A program made the position numbers and the translations under genes. Shown one piece after another: positions 38,379 through 48,581 of a stretch of DNA of 64,000 nucleotides; positions within the stretch are counted from its first letter, which is position 1; each line of letters opens with the position of its first letter. The stretch spans positions 3,232,001-3,296,000 of the forward strand of contig OZ244170.1 in NCBI GenBank assembly GCA_965216565.1, in the 5' to 3' direction. The DNA comes from Bythopirellula sp. (GTDB lineage Bacteria; Planctomycetota; Planctomycetia; Pirellulales; Lacipirellulaceae). The notes below the pieces were generated by a model that had not been told where the DNA came from, did no database searches, and saw only the letters and a list, made by a program, of their open reading frames with translations.

Positions 38379-40001
38379 TCAATCTTGTTGTGCCCGGGAA
38401 ATCAGCGTCCAAGCAAAGATCGCCACTGCTCCCAGTGCCAAAGTCAACATGAGGCAAAAGGCCGATACCCGATCCTCAGCACCATAATGGAGTAACCCAA
38501 AGATACGGACTGCGATGGTGGACACTCCCGGAGGGCACACCAACAACGTCGCAGCTAAATCGCTCACGCCAATAATAGCCGACATGCATAGCGCGGCAAC
38601 AACAGCGTGCCATCGCATCGGTAGGATGATCTGTAGTAGCCTGTGCCACCACGAGGCTCCTTCGCTCTTGGCACTGTCAAGCAGAGACTGCGGGACGGAA
38701 GCCAATTGAGCGGCCAACACAAGCGTTGCAAGCGGCAAAGCTCTCAGTGTTTGCACAACAACTGGAGCGAAGATGGTATGGTCATAGAGCCAAGTGAGAA
38801 ACGACAGCGCGGAGTCTTCTGGTCGATTCAATAGACTTATCGTCAAAATGCCTAAGAGCGGGCCGGGGAGTGCGAAGCAAATCGCCAGTCCAAGAGCAGT
38901 CGCCCAGACTGGAATCTTTTGTGTCCGAAGCAGCCAAGCCAGTAGCACTCCCCCCGCGGTGGCGAAAACTGCCGCCAACCCACTAATCGCAACTGTCCAC
39001 GCCAACTCGCGGCGATGCTCATAGGGACTCACTGCAATCAGTTCTGCTGCTTTTGCAATAGACCACTCCCGCTGAACTTGGCCGTCCTCCCGATAGGCGT
39101 GCATCCCCGCCTTACCCAATAGTCCTAACAGAGGAGTGACAAGTACCATCAAGGAGACGCACCAAACGATCATGTTGGCACCCCACTGTTGCGATTTCGC
39201 GACCCAACGTGAACTCTCCGTTGGAGTAACAAGTGCAAACCCCGGTAACCAAGCACTCATTGCAAGAAGCGCGGCCACAACGAGAGCAAGAACAAAGCAT
39301 GTGCCCAACCACAGATCGAGTCCGACCATTGGCTGAATTGCATCACTTGCTACGATTTCTTGCATCGAGCCCACTTGGAGCGAACCCAAACTGGCCGTCG
39401 TATAAACTTCTTCGGCAAAAGTGCGAACTTGAAAAATGTCTGTTACAGTGATCTCGCCCGCACAAATCACACCTATCCATAGTGCAGCTGCCACCAGCGC
39501 AGGCAACGAGCGTCGGACGCTCACACTCCACAGCACTTGCCTGGCGGAGGCGTCCTGGAGCGACTCTTCTTCCCACTCGCGAGGAATATTCCGCAACGCG
39601 GCACCAACAATTAGAACAACCCAAGGAACGGCCGCCATGCCGTGTACCCAGATGGCACCTGTCCAGCCGACTAGCCAGTTTTGACCTTCTGGTATCAGCC
39701 AACCACTTTGCCCCGCTGTCGCTTGCCAGGCAGCCGACTGCACAAACAACGGCACAAATAGCATGGCAACAAACAGACACTCCATCAGCCGACGCCCGGG
39801 CAAGCTTGTCTTGGCAATGGCAACCGCCAACAAGGTTCCCAACGGAAGGCTGACTAGCCAGCAGCCTCCCACCAACCAGGCCGTATTTAAAAGAAGACCA
39901 CGAAGTCGCTCACTGGCCAGAAGTAGGCACAAAACAAGCACGCAAGCAATCGCCAAAAATGCTAGTTTTCGAATTGCAGTGTTGGGCGTCGATTTTAGCA
40001 A
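38379..40001 (-). CDS. ABC transporter permease, FbpB/iron(III)-type (two fused TM domains)
   Basis: Two EAA-like loops ('EESLQDAS', 'DSAKSEGASWW'), about 12 TM helices, 'PPGVSTIAVRIFGLLHYG'. Confidence 0.82.
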   Translation of the reverse strand: MLKSTPNTAIRKLAFLAIACVLVLCLLLASERLRGLLLNTAWLVGGCWLVSLPLGTLLAVAIAKTSLPGRRLMECLFVAMLFVPLFVQSAAWQATAGQSGWLIPEGQNWLVGWTGAIWVHGMAAVPWVVLIVGAALRNIPREWEEESLQDASARQVLWSVSVRRSLPALVAAALWIGVICAGEITVTDIFQVRTFAEEVYTTASLGSLQVGSMQEIVASDAIQPMVGLDLWLGTCFVLALVVAALLAMSAWLPGFALVTPTESSRWVAKSQQWGANMIVWCVSLMVLVTPLLGLLGKAGMHAYREDGQVQREWSIAKAAELIAVSPYEHRRELAWTVAISGLAAVFATAGGVLLAWLLRTQKIPVWATALGLAICFALPGPLLGILTISLLNRPEDSALSFLTWLYDHTIFAPVVVQTLRALPLATLVLAAQLASVPQSLLDSAKSEGASWWHRLLQIILPMRWHAVVAALCMSAIIGVSDLAATLLVCPPGVSTIAVRIFGLLHYGAEDRVSAFCLMLTLALGAVAIFAWTLISRAQQD

Positions 40002-40254
40002 ACGGTGAAGTCTCTGACTGAGCCCAGCGGGCGGGTGGGGGTATCTGTGAAATCTGTTGCGTCCTGCGGTCCCTCGGCGGATTTGCAGCTAGCGCCGTCG
40101 GCCTATACGTCTCCCTCTATTTCACCACGCCCGCTGCGAAGATGCTAGCACCAGAACTGTAATCCTGTATGTGCACAAACTTGGCATAGCCCCGACCCGA
40201 AGGTTCTGATATTTTCCTCCGCCCCGGTACCAGCCCAACTCATTCTGGGTCAGC

Positions 40255-40929
40255 ATGACGATACGCACATTGATCTCGATTCGAGGATTACTTACTTGCC
40301 TTTTGGCGGGAGCCATCTGCGGCTGCAGTATTTTTCCCTACGGCGGCAAGGAGCGGACCTCTATTATCACGCCTCGCATGCGCATGGCTACGGTGAGCGA
40401 AATCGGCGCACGCGCCAGCAAGGCTGACTCCGCAGAACAACAACAGATCTGCGAAAACCTGGCCAGACAAATCCAAACTGAGCCCGATCCCCTGGTGCGG
40501 CAAGAAATTCAGAACACGGTGGCAGAGTTTTCAGCCCCACTGGCTGAGAAAATGCTCATCGCCGGGCTGAGTGACGAAGACGTCGATGTTCGTCTGACAT
40601 GTTGCTTCCGATTGGGTGAGCGAGCTTCGGTTACTACAATCGGGCCCCTTCAACAGGCTGTGCAATCCGATTCGGAACTCGATGTCCGGCTGGCTGCAAT
40701 CGATGCTCTTGCCAATATTCCCGGACAAGCAACGGTACCCGCATTAGGGGCTGCCCTCGACGACCGCGATCCAGCGATTCAATACGCTGCGGTGCAAGCA
40801 CTCAAGAGTGCCAGTGGCAAAGATCTCGGCAATGACGTCGCGGCTTGGCAAGAATACGTCGCGAGTGGCGCGTCAGTGCAGCCGGAAGTTTCGGTGGCTG
40901 AGCGAATCCAGCAAGCTTCGCCCTTCTAA
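40255..40929 (+). CDS. HEAT-repeat lipoprotein
   Basis: Lipobox 'ICGC'; repeats 'DPLVR', 'DVDVR', 'ELDVRLAAIDAL', 'DPAIQYAAVQAL'. Confidence 0.85.
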   Translation: MTIRTLISIRGLLTCLLAGAICGCSIFPYGGKERTSIITPRMRMATVSEIGARASKADSAEQQQICENLARQIQTEPDPLVRQEIQNTVAEFSAPLAEKMLIAGLSDEDVDVRLTCCFRLGERASVTTIGPLQQAVQSDSELDVRLAAIDALANIPGQATVPALGAALDDRDPAIQYAAVQALKSASGKDLGNDVAAWQEYVASGASVQPEVSVAERIQQASPF

Positions 40930-41353
40930 TACGCTGCCCGCCGGTCAGCCTTCCGCTCGGAATCCCTACCGCCGGGCTGATTACTTCTATGCTAGCTAGC
41001 AGAGACTGCAAACTTTCTGCGCTGATTCTTGCATAAGCTTCCCAGAGTATCAGGTCAGTCGCTACGCAGACCGCACCGCTAGCAAAGTCTGCCACGTTTC
41101 CCCCCCGCGTGGCGTGGTCGGTCATCTTTTGCATTTTTCCGTCTGAATTTCTCGGGCAAAGCTACCCGATATCAACTCCTGTGAACAGAACATGCGGGGG
41201 CATTCAATATCCGCGGTGAGAACGGAAGAACGGGGGGCATTCTCGTACTTCTTACGACCAGGCGAATCACCGCGCTGACAGTTGGGTCACGACCCACCGA
41301 CTGCTAGTTCTGCAGCTAGATCGCAAAAACTACTGCTTAAGGGGTGAGTCTCC

Positions 41354-43138
41354 ATGCAACAATGGTTGCCAGGACTGAGCGGAATATTTCTAGGCGCGCT
41401 GGCGCTCTCACTCTCATTGGCGGGTGTGACCGATGCCGCTACGAGTTCAGAAAAAGGAACCGAGCTGCGCTGGGTCTCTCCCTCGCGGACTAGTACCCCT
41501 GATCGTAAGCCGATTCGATCAACCCAAAAGCCCACTTCTGCGTCTACAAAGAATCCAGAATCAAAGACATCTACGAAGATTTGGAGAAAACCATCCACCG
41601 GCTCGAGCGCTGAGGGACTGCAAAAAGCAAAAGCAGCCAAAGCCTCGCAAAATGCAGTGGTGGCAAGACGAGCGAAGTCATCCTCCAGGAAAGCGAACAG
41701 CACTTCTTCCCAGGAGCAGTCGCCGTTTGATAAGTGGCTCATCTCTGAGGAATTAGAAACCGACGCCGGTAAGCAAATTGAGGTGACCGATAGTGCACCT
41801 ACTCCAGACAATCCGCGCGTCGCCATCCGCCTCTTCCGCTCTCGGTCGCAATCCCGGGACGATCAGCCTCGCTCGATCCCTAAGCAGACTATGCACCCGA
41901 CGGAACGGCAGGTCGACGACCGGCGACGTCCGCAAGAGCCACCAGCAAAGGACATTCCCGCACCCGAATCGCTAGTAGAAGGTTCACTGAAAGATGGCGA
42001 ACCGAAAGATACTGTCGCAGAGACTCCGTTAGTCCCCCTCACTCGTTCGCAACAGCACCTCCGTACAAAACTACGTCGTGTGTTAGCCCACTATTACAAA
42101 CGACCATTAAACACCCGGGATCGTAGCCCCTGGGAAATTATGCATGGCATTCTCGCTTACGAAGTCCATAGCAAGGTGCTTCGCGGCGGGCCGCAGGGCG
42201 AGCCCGTCACTGCCGTCGGTTGGCTCTGCTTCAATCAGCCGTGCAAAAAACGGACTCTGATGTACATCAACGACGAGGACGAGCTCCGCGTTCGAGTTGG
42301 CCCTGCTCTGCAAGGACACCGTGGACAGCTCTTGGCAATGCTGGCTCAGTCGAAAGTCAGTGCCAATTATCCAATGCGAGTCGAGGGTCACGATTTGACC
42401 GTGGCCGACTTGATCGAGATGGAAAAACGCACTTGCTACCCACGTAGCGAGCTTACTTTTAAGCTACTCGGATTGATGCACTATTTACCGTCGGATGCCC
42501 AGTGGATGAACGACCAAGGCATGCAATGGGACTTTCCCAAGATTGTCCGCGAAGAAGCCCGGCAGTCTCTCCGCGATGCCGCTTGTGGTGGAACGCACCG
42601 ACTCAGCGGTCTGACGTTGGCCTACAAGACTCGCGAGGCACGTGGAGAACCGATCGACGGAGCCTATGTCCAGGCAAAACGGTATGTTGTCAAGCACAAG
42701 AACTATGCCTACCGCCTCCAGAACGGCGATGGTAGCTTCAGCACCGAATGGTTCCGGGGTCCTGGCAACGAGGACAGCCTCGATCGCAAGATGAAAACTA
42801 CGGGACACATTCTGGAATGGCTTCTGTATGCCTCGGAAGAGCGAGATCTGAAGAGCTCCCGGATTACCCGCGCTACCAACTACCTGACGAACATCTTGTA
42901 CAACAACCGCAATAAAGACTGGGAGGCTGGGCCGCTGGGTCACGCCATCCACGCACTGCTGTTGTACGATCGTCTGGTGTTCGTTCCGCACGATCAGTCG
43001 GACGTTTTGCCTATGGCTAGCAGCCCTACTACGACTAATTCACGCAAGAGCCGTACCGCTTCGAAGTCGCGGTCATCCAGCCGGCGTTCGCCTTCCAGGA
43101 ACTCGCGGCAGGCTCAATCAAATCGGTCGCGTCGCTAG
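41354..43138 (+). CDS. Secreted hypothetical protein: disordered N-terminus and His-rich helical C-terminal domain
   Basis: Signal peptide; S/K/P-rich linker; 'WEIMHGIL', 'GHRGQLLAML', 'ACGGTH', 'LQNGDGSFST', 'TTGHILEWL', 'GHAIHAL'. Confidence 0.75.
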   Translation: MQQWLPGLSGIFLGALALSLSLAGVTDAATSSEKGTELRWVSPSRTSTPDRKPIRSTQKPTSASTKNPESKTSTKIWRKPSTGSSAEGLQKAKAAKASQNAVVARRAKSSSRKANSTSSQEQSPFDKWLISEELETDAGKQIEVTDSAPTPDNPRVAIRLFRSRSQSRDDQPRSIPKQTMHPTERQVDDRRRPQEPPAKDIPAPESLVEGSLKDGEPKDTVAETPLVPLTRSQQHLRTKLRRVLAHYYKRPLNTRDRSPWEIMHGILAYEVHSKVLRGGPQGEPVTAVGWLCFNQPCKKRTLMYINDEDELRVRVGPALQGHRGQLLAMLAQSKVSANYPMRVEGHDLTVADLIEMEKRTCYPRSELTFKLLGLMHYLPSDAQWMNDQGMQWDFPKIVREEARQSLRDAACGGTHRLSGLTLAYKTREARGEPIDGAYVQAKRYVVKHKNYAYRLQNGDGSFSTEWFRGPGNEDSLDRKMKTTGHILEWLLYASEERDLKSSRITRATNYLTNILYNNRNKDWEAGPLGHAIHALLLYDRLVFVPHDQSDVLPMASSPTTTNSRKSRTASKSRSSSRRSPSRNSRQAQSNRSRR

Positions 43139-43255
43139 CGATCTACCAGTTGGCGATTGAATGACGGGCCGTGTTGCATTAAATTGCAGGGTGCCCGTTG
43201 CTTCTTTGTCACCACTTCGGGCCTATATCGCCTGCTGGGCGCGACTCGGAGCATC

Positions 43256-44200
43256 ATGCCGCCAACCATCAAATTTACCGAACAGCTCGAAGCCTTCTGC
43301 GATCTTGCCAAGCGTCTGGCTAAGCGCGAGCAGACCGACGCCTTGCTGTTTCTGCTTGAAGGGTCCTACAATTGGGATCGACTCCGCGAAACGCTAGGTA
43401 AGTCGAATGTTATTTTGGCTAGTGACAAGGCGGAGCACTTGGAAGGTGCCGAGGAAGCTGGTTTCGACACGGTCGAGCTAAACATTCCCGAGAGCCCCGT
43501 CTATGTGCGGCTCACCCAATCGCTCCTGGAGAGTGTTGCCGACGACCTGCTTGCTCCTGGCGCCGGTGTCGTGGCCCTCTACAGCGGCTTTGACATTGGC
43601 ATTATTGATTCGATTAGTGTCATTCGGCTCGACGAGCACCTCGGACGACTCACCGTCCACGACCTTCGACAACTGGAAACAAAGATACCACTGGAAACAC
43701 TCAAAATGGCCGTCGACTTGGCAGTCGACATTGGTCGCGAGGGACGCGAAGGCAAGCCAGTTGGCGCTCTGTTCGTGGTGGGCGATCACCGCAAAGTCAT
43801 CAAGCAGTGTTACCCGCAAGGCTTCGATGCCGTCAAAGGCTATAAGCCTGAAGAACGAAGGATGCAGGACCCAAAGGTTCGCGAGGCACTCAAAGAAATC
43901 GCTCAGCTCGACGGTGCATTTGTCGTTTCCGCGGACGGAGTCGTGATTGCTTCCTGCCAATATCTCTCGGCACCTGCCGAGGAGCTCACGTTGAGCAAGG
44001 GATTAGGTGCCAGGCATTGGGCCGCGGCTGCCATCAGCAAGGCCACTGCAGCGATCGCCATTGCGGTCAGCGAGTCGAACGGCACAGTGCGCGTTTTTCA
44101 AAACGGCGAAGTCATGCTCCGCATCGAGCCCTTCCGTCGCGCGATGAAGTGGAAAGACTTTCAATACGACCTGCCGTCGGGTCCTCCCACTACGGATTGA
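43256..44200 (+). CDS. Diadenylate cyclase (DAC/DisA_N domain; DacZ-like architecture)
   Basis: 'REGREGKPVGALF', 'LDGAFVV', 'GLGARHWAAA', 'AVSES.GTV'; no TM helix. ATG at 43256 follows GGAG; the ORF track starts at 43157. Confidence 0.85.
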   Translation: MPPTIKFTEQLEAFCDLAKRLAKREQTDALLFLLEGSYNWDRLRETLGKSNVILASDKAEHLEGAEEAGFDTVELNIPESPVYVRLTQSLLESVADDLLAPGAGVVALYSGFDIGIIDSISVIRLDEHLGRLTVHDLRQLETKIPLETLKMAVDLAVDIGREGREGKPVGALFVVGDHRKVIKQCYPQGFDAVKGYKPEERRMQDPKVREALKEIAQLDGAFVVSADGVVIASCQYLSAPAEELTLSKGLGARHWAAAAISKATAAIAIAVSESNGTVRVFQNGEVMLRIEPFRRAMKWKDFQYDLPSGPPTTD

Positions 44201-44232
44201 TGCCTGCGCTTCTCAACCTTCGCCTTGCTATC

Positions 44233-44979
44233 TTAGTGGAGCCTCCTCCTGCGAGAGCAAACCAAAATTCCGTTCAATAGCAAGATCGCAAGTGTCTGGG
44301 GCTCGGGCACACGTGTGATTGAGACACTGTCCAACCACTGAGCGCTTGCCGCGCCTTGGCCACCCTGCCGGTACGCGACAAAATCAAATTGGTGCGACGC
44401 GCTAGTTGCCTGAAATACGTGAGAGCTTGCCTGCCAGGCAGTCGTATGTGGCAGAGGGAAGATACTGCCAATCGCATTGGTGCTTGGGGCGAGCTTTACC
44501 GATGTGCCATCGACAAACAATTCCCAACCTCCGCTAGGTGGCGGCACTAAGGGCGTTTCGCCAAATCCGTTCGTATGATGAAAGTCGATACGATACAGCC
44601 CGCCTGGCGTGAAACCACTAACCGCCTGTCCGACTCCTTCGCGGAGGAAAAAACTTGCACCCCCCGTCGGTATCGGCCCACCCACACCCGTTGCTGGAAT
44701 AAACGCACCCGCTAACTGAAGGTAGTTACCCCAGTTGGTATCCCACAGGGAGACACCCGGGCCGTACAACCAATCGGGACTACCCACATTGATTGTCCAA
44801 CCCGGGGCAGCGGTAACGACCATCTTGTCATCGCCCCCATTCACAAACTGGCCCGGTATTTGTTCCTCGAACGAGTTATTGACAAACGTCTGAGCCTCCG
44901 CCTGACTGTCTAACAGACACACTGCTACCGTCACGATCAGACACTCTACAAGCCGTACAGATTTACGAGAGGCAATCAT
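44233..44979 (-). CDS. PEP-CTERM surface protein 7
   Basis: Signal peptide; beta-sandwich-like 'NNSFE...SPDW...GVGQAVSGFTPG...WLDSVSI'; 'VPEP' + TM + RRRR. GGAGA precedes the ATG at 44979. Confidence 0.85.
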   Translation of the reverse strand: MIASRKSVRLVECLIVTVAVCLLDSQAEAQTFVNNSFEEQIPGQFVNGGDDKMVVTAAPGWTINVGSPDWLYGPGVSLWDTNWGNYLQLAGAFIPATGVGGPIPTGGASFFLREGVGQAVSGFTPGGLYRIDFHHTNGFGETPLVPPPSGGWELFVDGTSVKLAPSTNAIGSIFPLPHTTAWQASSHVFQATSASHQFDFVAYRQGGQGAASAQWLDSVSITRVPEPQTLAILLLNGILVCSRRRRLH

Positions 44980-44998
44980 CGAATTCTCCAAGTTGCGA

Positions 44999-45712
44999 TT
45001 AAGAAGTCTTTACACTCAATACCCATGGCGTTCGCTGACGAAGCACCAGGAGTGCAAGACCCGACATTGCAAGCACGATGCCTGCTGGCTCCGGCACTGC
45101 GATAGGTTGTTGTCGAATCGTGAAGCTTGTGATTCCATCGGGAACGTCGATATTGAACTCGTACAGCGGTGTGGGAAAGCCGAAGTTCGGGAAAATTCCG
45201 CCCGAGGCCTCAATCTCGTCTTCGCCCCAGGCGACAGTGGTGAAGTAACCCGAGCCGGAGAAATCGGGGGGTGAGTCGAAATCGGGTGCGTCAAAATCAA
45301 GCCCGTCGCCCGGTGCAGATGGCACAAAGCTGGTACCGACCCCAAAACCGAGTTCCATACGGTAGGCACTCCAGGGGATGCCCGTCATATTGGAGACGCC
45401 CTCTTCAAAGGTGTACTCTGTCGTGCCACCGCTATCCATAACGATAAACTCTAGATCGACAGGACCAATGGCGTTATAGGCCTTTTGGGTCACTAGAAGT
45501 CTGTTTGGGGAATCTCCCACCACGTTATCGTTATTGGGATCCACCAGCGGACCGATAAACTCTCCGGCAACCGATCCGACGCCCGAGAACCAATTGATCA
45601 TGGTAATTTTGCCCGCGTCTGCCGTGGAGCTGAGTAACATCGTTCCGGCCAACATAGCAAGGAAAGGGAAAAGTCTCGGTGTCGAGCGAAGTTGCTTCAA
45701 TAAGGTATTCAT
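44999..45712 (-). CDS. PEP-CTERM surface protein 6 (resembles choice-of-anchor F)
   Basis: Signal peptide; 'NMTGIPWSAYRMELGFGVGTSFVPSAPGDGLDFD'; 'VPEP' + TM + RQR. Confidence 0.85.
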   Translation of the reverse strand: MNTLLKQLRSTPRLFPFLAMLAGTMLLSSTADAGKITMINWFSGVGSVAGEFIGPLVDPNNDNVVGDSPNRLLVTQKAYNAIGPVDLEFIVMDSGGTTEYTFEEGVSNMTGIPWSAYRMELGFGVGTSFVPSAPGDGLDFDAPDFDSPPDFSGSGYFTTVAWGEDEIEASGGIFPNFGFPTPLYEFNIDVPDGITSFTIRQQPIAVPEPAGIVLAMSGLALLVLRQRTPWVLSVKTS

Positions 45713-45776
45713 TCGTGGTTCCTATTTGTCTGAAAACTGTATATGGCAATTAAGTTCTGTAGGTTTAGAAATACGT

Positions 45777-46430
45777 TTATCGTCTCCGCCAGTGCGCTAG
45801 CACACCGGCAACACCCATTACAAGCAGCCCCGCGGTAGCCGGTTCCGGCACAGGACCGATCTGAGCGTTATCAAACCGCGAAAAGACCGTACCGTTTTGA
45901 AAGCTTCCCGAACCAAAGATCCGCGCGGAATCGAAGCTGGTGCCTGATATCGAAAGGTTGTGATGGGTGATGGTCGAGGTAGTCACAGTGGACGAAGTGG
46001 TTCCCACAACGATTCCTCCGAGCAAAATCTCAAGGTTCAGCGAGTTCCCAATGTGACTACTTCCAAATGTAAACGCCTCGACATTGATAAAGTTTTCCAC
46101 AAGACCGGTTGTCATTCTGAACGTTCCAAGTCCATGAAAGCCTGCGCCAGGACCAGGTACATAACCACCCTGCCCCAACACATTGTTGGGCGAGAAAGCA
46201 GGATCACTGAGCGTAGCTTCTGCTCGTTCGACTACGAACACAGTGGAAAAGCCATTCCAATCGTGGGAATCGTAGAAAGTGATTCCACCGTCTATAAAAC
46301 TCGTGGACTGACTGCCTTCGGTCAGGCCGTCAAATGTGGCTAGCGCACCGACTGCCGGCAAGCTGCCGATGACGCTAGCCACCATTGCCACGAGTACGCC
46401 AAAGGCACTCTTAATGGCCAAGATTCTCAT
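45777..46430 (-). CDS. PEP-CTERM surface protein 5
   Basis: Start is the ATG at 46430 after GAGGA (the ORF-track extension overlaps the next gene); signal peptide; 'VPEP' + TM + WRRR. Confidence 0.85.
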   Translation of the reverse strand: MRILAIKSAFGVLVAMVASVIGSLPAVGALATFDGLTEGSQSTSFIDGGITFYDSHDWNGFSTVFVVERAEATLSDPAFSPNNVLGQGGYVPGPGAGFHGLGTFRMTTGLVENFINVEAFTFGSSHIGNSLNLEILLGGIVVGTTSSTVTTSTITHHNLSISGTSFDSARIFGSGSFQNGTVFSRFDNAQIGPVPEPATAGLLVMGVAGVLAHWRRR

Positions 46431-46483
46431 TGTTGATTCCTCGTTGTTGAATTGGCTTAAAGAGACAGAAGATGGCTTCCGTG

Positions 46484-47185
46484 TTACGCCTGTCGACGAC
46501 GTGGTAGGAATCCGGCAATCAGTGCCGACAAGCCAAGCATCGCGGAGGCTGGTTCTGGTATTGCGATGGCAATGATACTGCCCGAGGAATCGATGATGCC
46601 CGTCGCAGGAGTGCCAGACGCAGTGCCCACGCCAATCGATGAAATCGCACTGGCAGGCAGACCAAGAGTATTGGTGTAATCTTGCAGCACAAACTGCCAC
46701 GATTCACCTGGTTCCCAGATTCCATCGGGAGTCATGCTCTCAGATAGTAGTGGGTGATGGCTTCCGCCTGGATCGGAAATCATGTAGTCGATCCGAAACG
46801 CTTCCTGGACTGGTGGAGAAAGAATATCGTTCGCTTCACCGTCAAAGTTCGTGATGTTGGTCTCTTGGTCGGCTACATACCACACTTCTTGCCAGGCAAT
46901 CCCAGATAGGTTTCTGATATCCACAATTGCATCGGGAGTAGTAGGGTCATCCGTAGCCTGACACACCGGGAGAAAAGTAGAGCCAATGTCGGCCGATGAG
47001 AGCGCCTCGTTGGCTGGGAACTCAGCGAAATGCCCTATTTCGTGAACATCGGTGGGAATCGAAAGCACATCACACTGCGGCGTTTCTATATGCACTACTT
47101 TCGCCGGCAATGCATAGGCCTGAGAAGCTAACAAAGAAATAAGGGAGACGCTCAACATCGATCGATTTAGTTTTAGATAAGTCAT
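46484..47185 (-). CDS. PEP-CTERM surface protein 4 (paralog of 48578..49306)
   Basis: Signal peptide; 'IPEP' + TM + RRR. Confidence 0.88.
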   Translation of the reverse strand: MTYLKLNRSMLSVSLISLLASQAYALPAKVVHIETPQCDVLSIPTDVHEIGHFAEFPANEALSSADIGSTFLPVCQATDDPTTPDAIVDIRNLSGIAWQEVWYVADQETNITNFDGEANDILSPPVQEAFRIDYMISDPGGSHHPLLSESMTPDGIWEPGESWQFVLQDYTNTLGLPASAISSIGVGTASGTPATGIIDSSGSIIAIAIPEPASAMLGLSALIAGFLPRRRQA

Positions 47186-47249
47186 CAGATCTTCTCCTTA
47201 GTAGATGTAATATTGATATTCGTTGTTGATTAATAAATCAGTTCGCACA

Positions 47250-47894
47250 TTAAGCTTCGAATTTTCTGCGGCAGGCAATCGTTACAACACACCCCAATCC
47301 TGCCAGCAGTAGACTTCCCGGTTCGGGGATAGGTAGCGCGTCTCCACGCAGTCGGTTCACATGAGCTCCACTTGGACCTCCGGAATTGTTGACCTGAACC
47401 GTCAGTGTGTTGATACCTGCTAAGAATCCCGTGCTGGTACTAAAAGAGTTGAACGAAGTGAAAGCCGTGCCCCCGCCAGCGTGCGTTGCGAACGATACGC
47501 CATTGAGCAACATGCTCGTAGAGTTATCTCCCGCAAAATCGCCGCTGATTGTCGCCGTAGTGGGATCCAACCCGGTCAGATCAAAAGTCAAGTCATAGGT
47601 GTAGATACCAGCCCCCGTTCCCGAAGTGCCGCCTGCGAGTGGGGTCACCCAACGCGAAGTGGCTGTATTGGGTACCCAACTGGGTGGAATTGGATTACCG
47701 GCAATTGCGGTGGGGACGCCCGTAGGGCCTGTTGTAAGGACCCAATGCGGATCGACCGCGCCATTGGGTAGGGGCACGCCCGAGTTATCGACTCCTGTGT
47801 TAAATAGCCCTGGAATTGGCACGGCCAGTGCCGCAGAGGCCATCGCACCGCAAGCGAGTACTACCAGACAGCTGCGTAAAAATTGAACTCTCAT
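47250..47894 (-). CDS. PEP-CTERM surface protein 3
   Basis: Signal peptide; 'LFNTGVD...DPHW...SRWV...YTYDLTFDLTG...DN...GINTLTVQVNN'; 'IPEP' + TM + RRK. Confidence 0.88.
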   Translation of the reverse strand: MRVQFLRSCLVVLACGAMASAALAVPIPGLFNTGVDNSGVPLPNGAVDPHWVLTTGPTGVPTAIAGNPIPPSWVPNTATSRWVTPLAGGTSGTGAGIYTYDLTFDLTGLDPTTATISGDFAGDNSTSMLLNGVSFATHAGGGTAFTSFNSFSTSTGFLAGINTLTVQVNNSGGPSGAHVNRLRGDALPIPEPGSLLLAGLGCVVTIACRRKFEA

Positions 47895-47957
47895 CAGATC
47901 TATCTCCTCGTAAAAAATCGTGAAAACTAGAAAATTTGACGTGTTATTTATCGCGTG

Positions 47958-48581
47958 TCACAAACTTCGTTGGGACGCACGTGTCATCATTACGCCCAGC
48001 CCGACTAGGCCCAGCAATAGTGTTGTGGGTTCTGGCACCGGAGTTGGGAACTCAATCATCCTGATCAAAGGCGTCCCGGTAGCCCCTGCACTGTTCGGGA
48101 ACACTTCCGCTTGTTTGCGAATCACCAGGACATCGCCGGGCAAGACTGGCTGAGAAAAGTTGTCTAACCACAATTCCTGAGTGCCTAATCCCATCGTGCT
48201 GAATGTGATTGGATTGCCGTTAACCTCCATGCTGGTCACGCTGTTCCAAATAGCAGGTGGCAAACCTGCGGGTGGGGCGAGGATCTCTTCATGCCAATCG
48301 CCCCAGGCTTCCGTTCCGACGTTCACTATGGTTTCAACGATGTCTAGTGGCCCACCGGTGGCTAGGATGATATTCGGATCGAAGATCCCCTTGGACCAAG
48401 GCGGACCGTTGGGATCGAGATCAATCGGCTGCGGATTGTTGGGATCACCTACCAAAACAATCGGCCCAGGCTGTACCGGATGCGAGGTCGCTGGTCCACT
48501 CGCTGTTCCCTGAGCAAAGACCACAGTGTCGGTGAAGCACACTGCCATCCCGAATATGAGTAAACCAGTTAGTATTCTCAT
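47958..48581 (-). CDS. PEP-CTERM surface protein 2
   Basis: Signal peptide; 'VPEP' + TM + basic tail; ATGA overlap with the upstream gene. Confidence 0.88.
   Translation of the reverse strand: MRILTGLLIFGMAVCFTDTVVFAQGTASGPATSHPVQPGPIVLVGDPNNPQPIDLDPNGPPWSKGIFDPNIILATGGPLDIVETIVNVGTEAWGDWHEEILAPPAGLPPAIWNSVTSMEVNGNPITFSTMGLGTQELWLDNFSQPVLPGDVLVIRKQAEVFPNSAGATGTPLIRMIEFPTPVPEPTTLLLGLVGLGVMMTRASQRSL

Noticed and set aside
46431..46700. N-terminal extension of the 45777..46700 ORF
   Set aside because: Overlaps the neighbouring PEP-CTERM gene in another frame; the RBS and signal peptide indicate a start at 46430.
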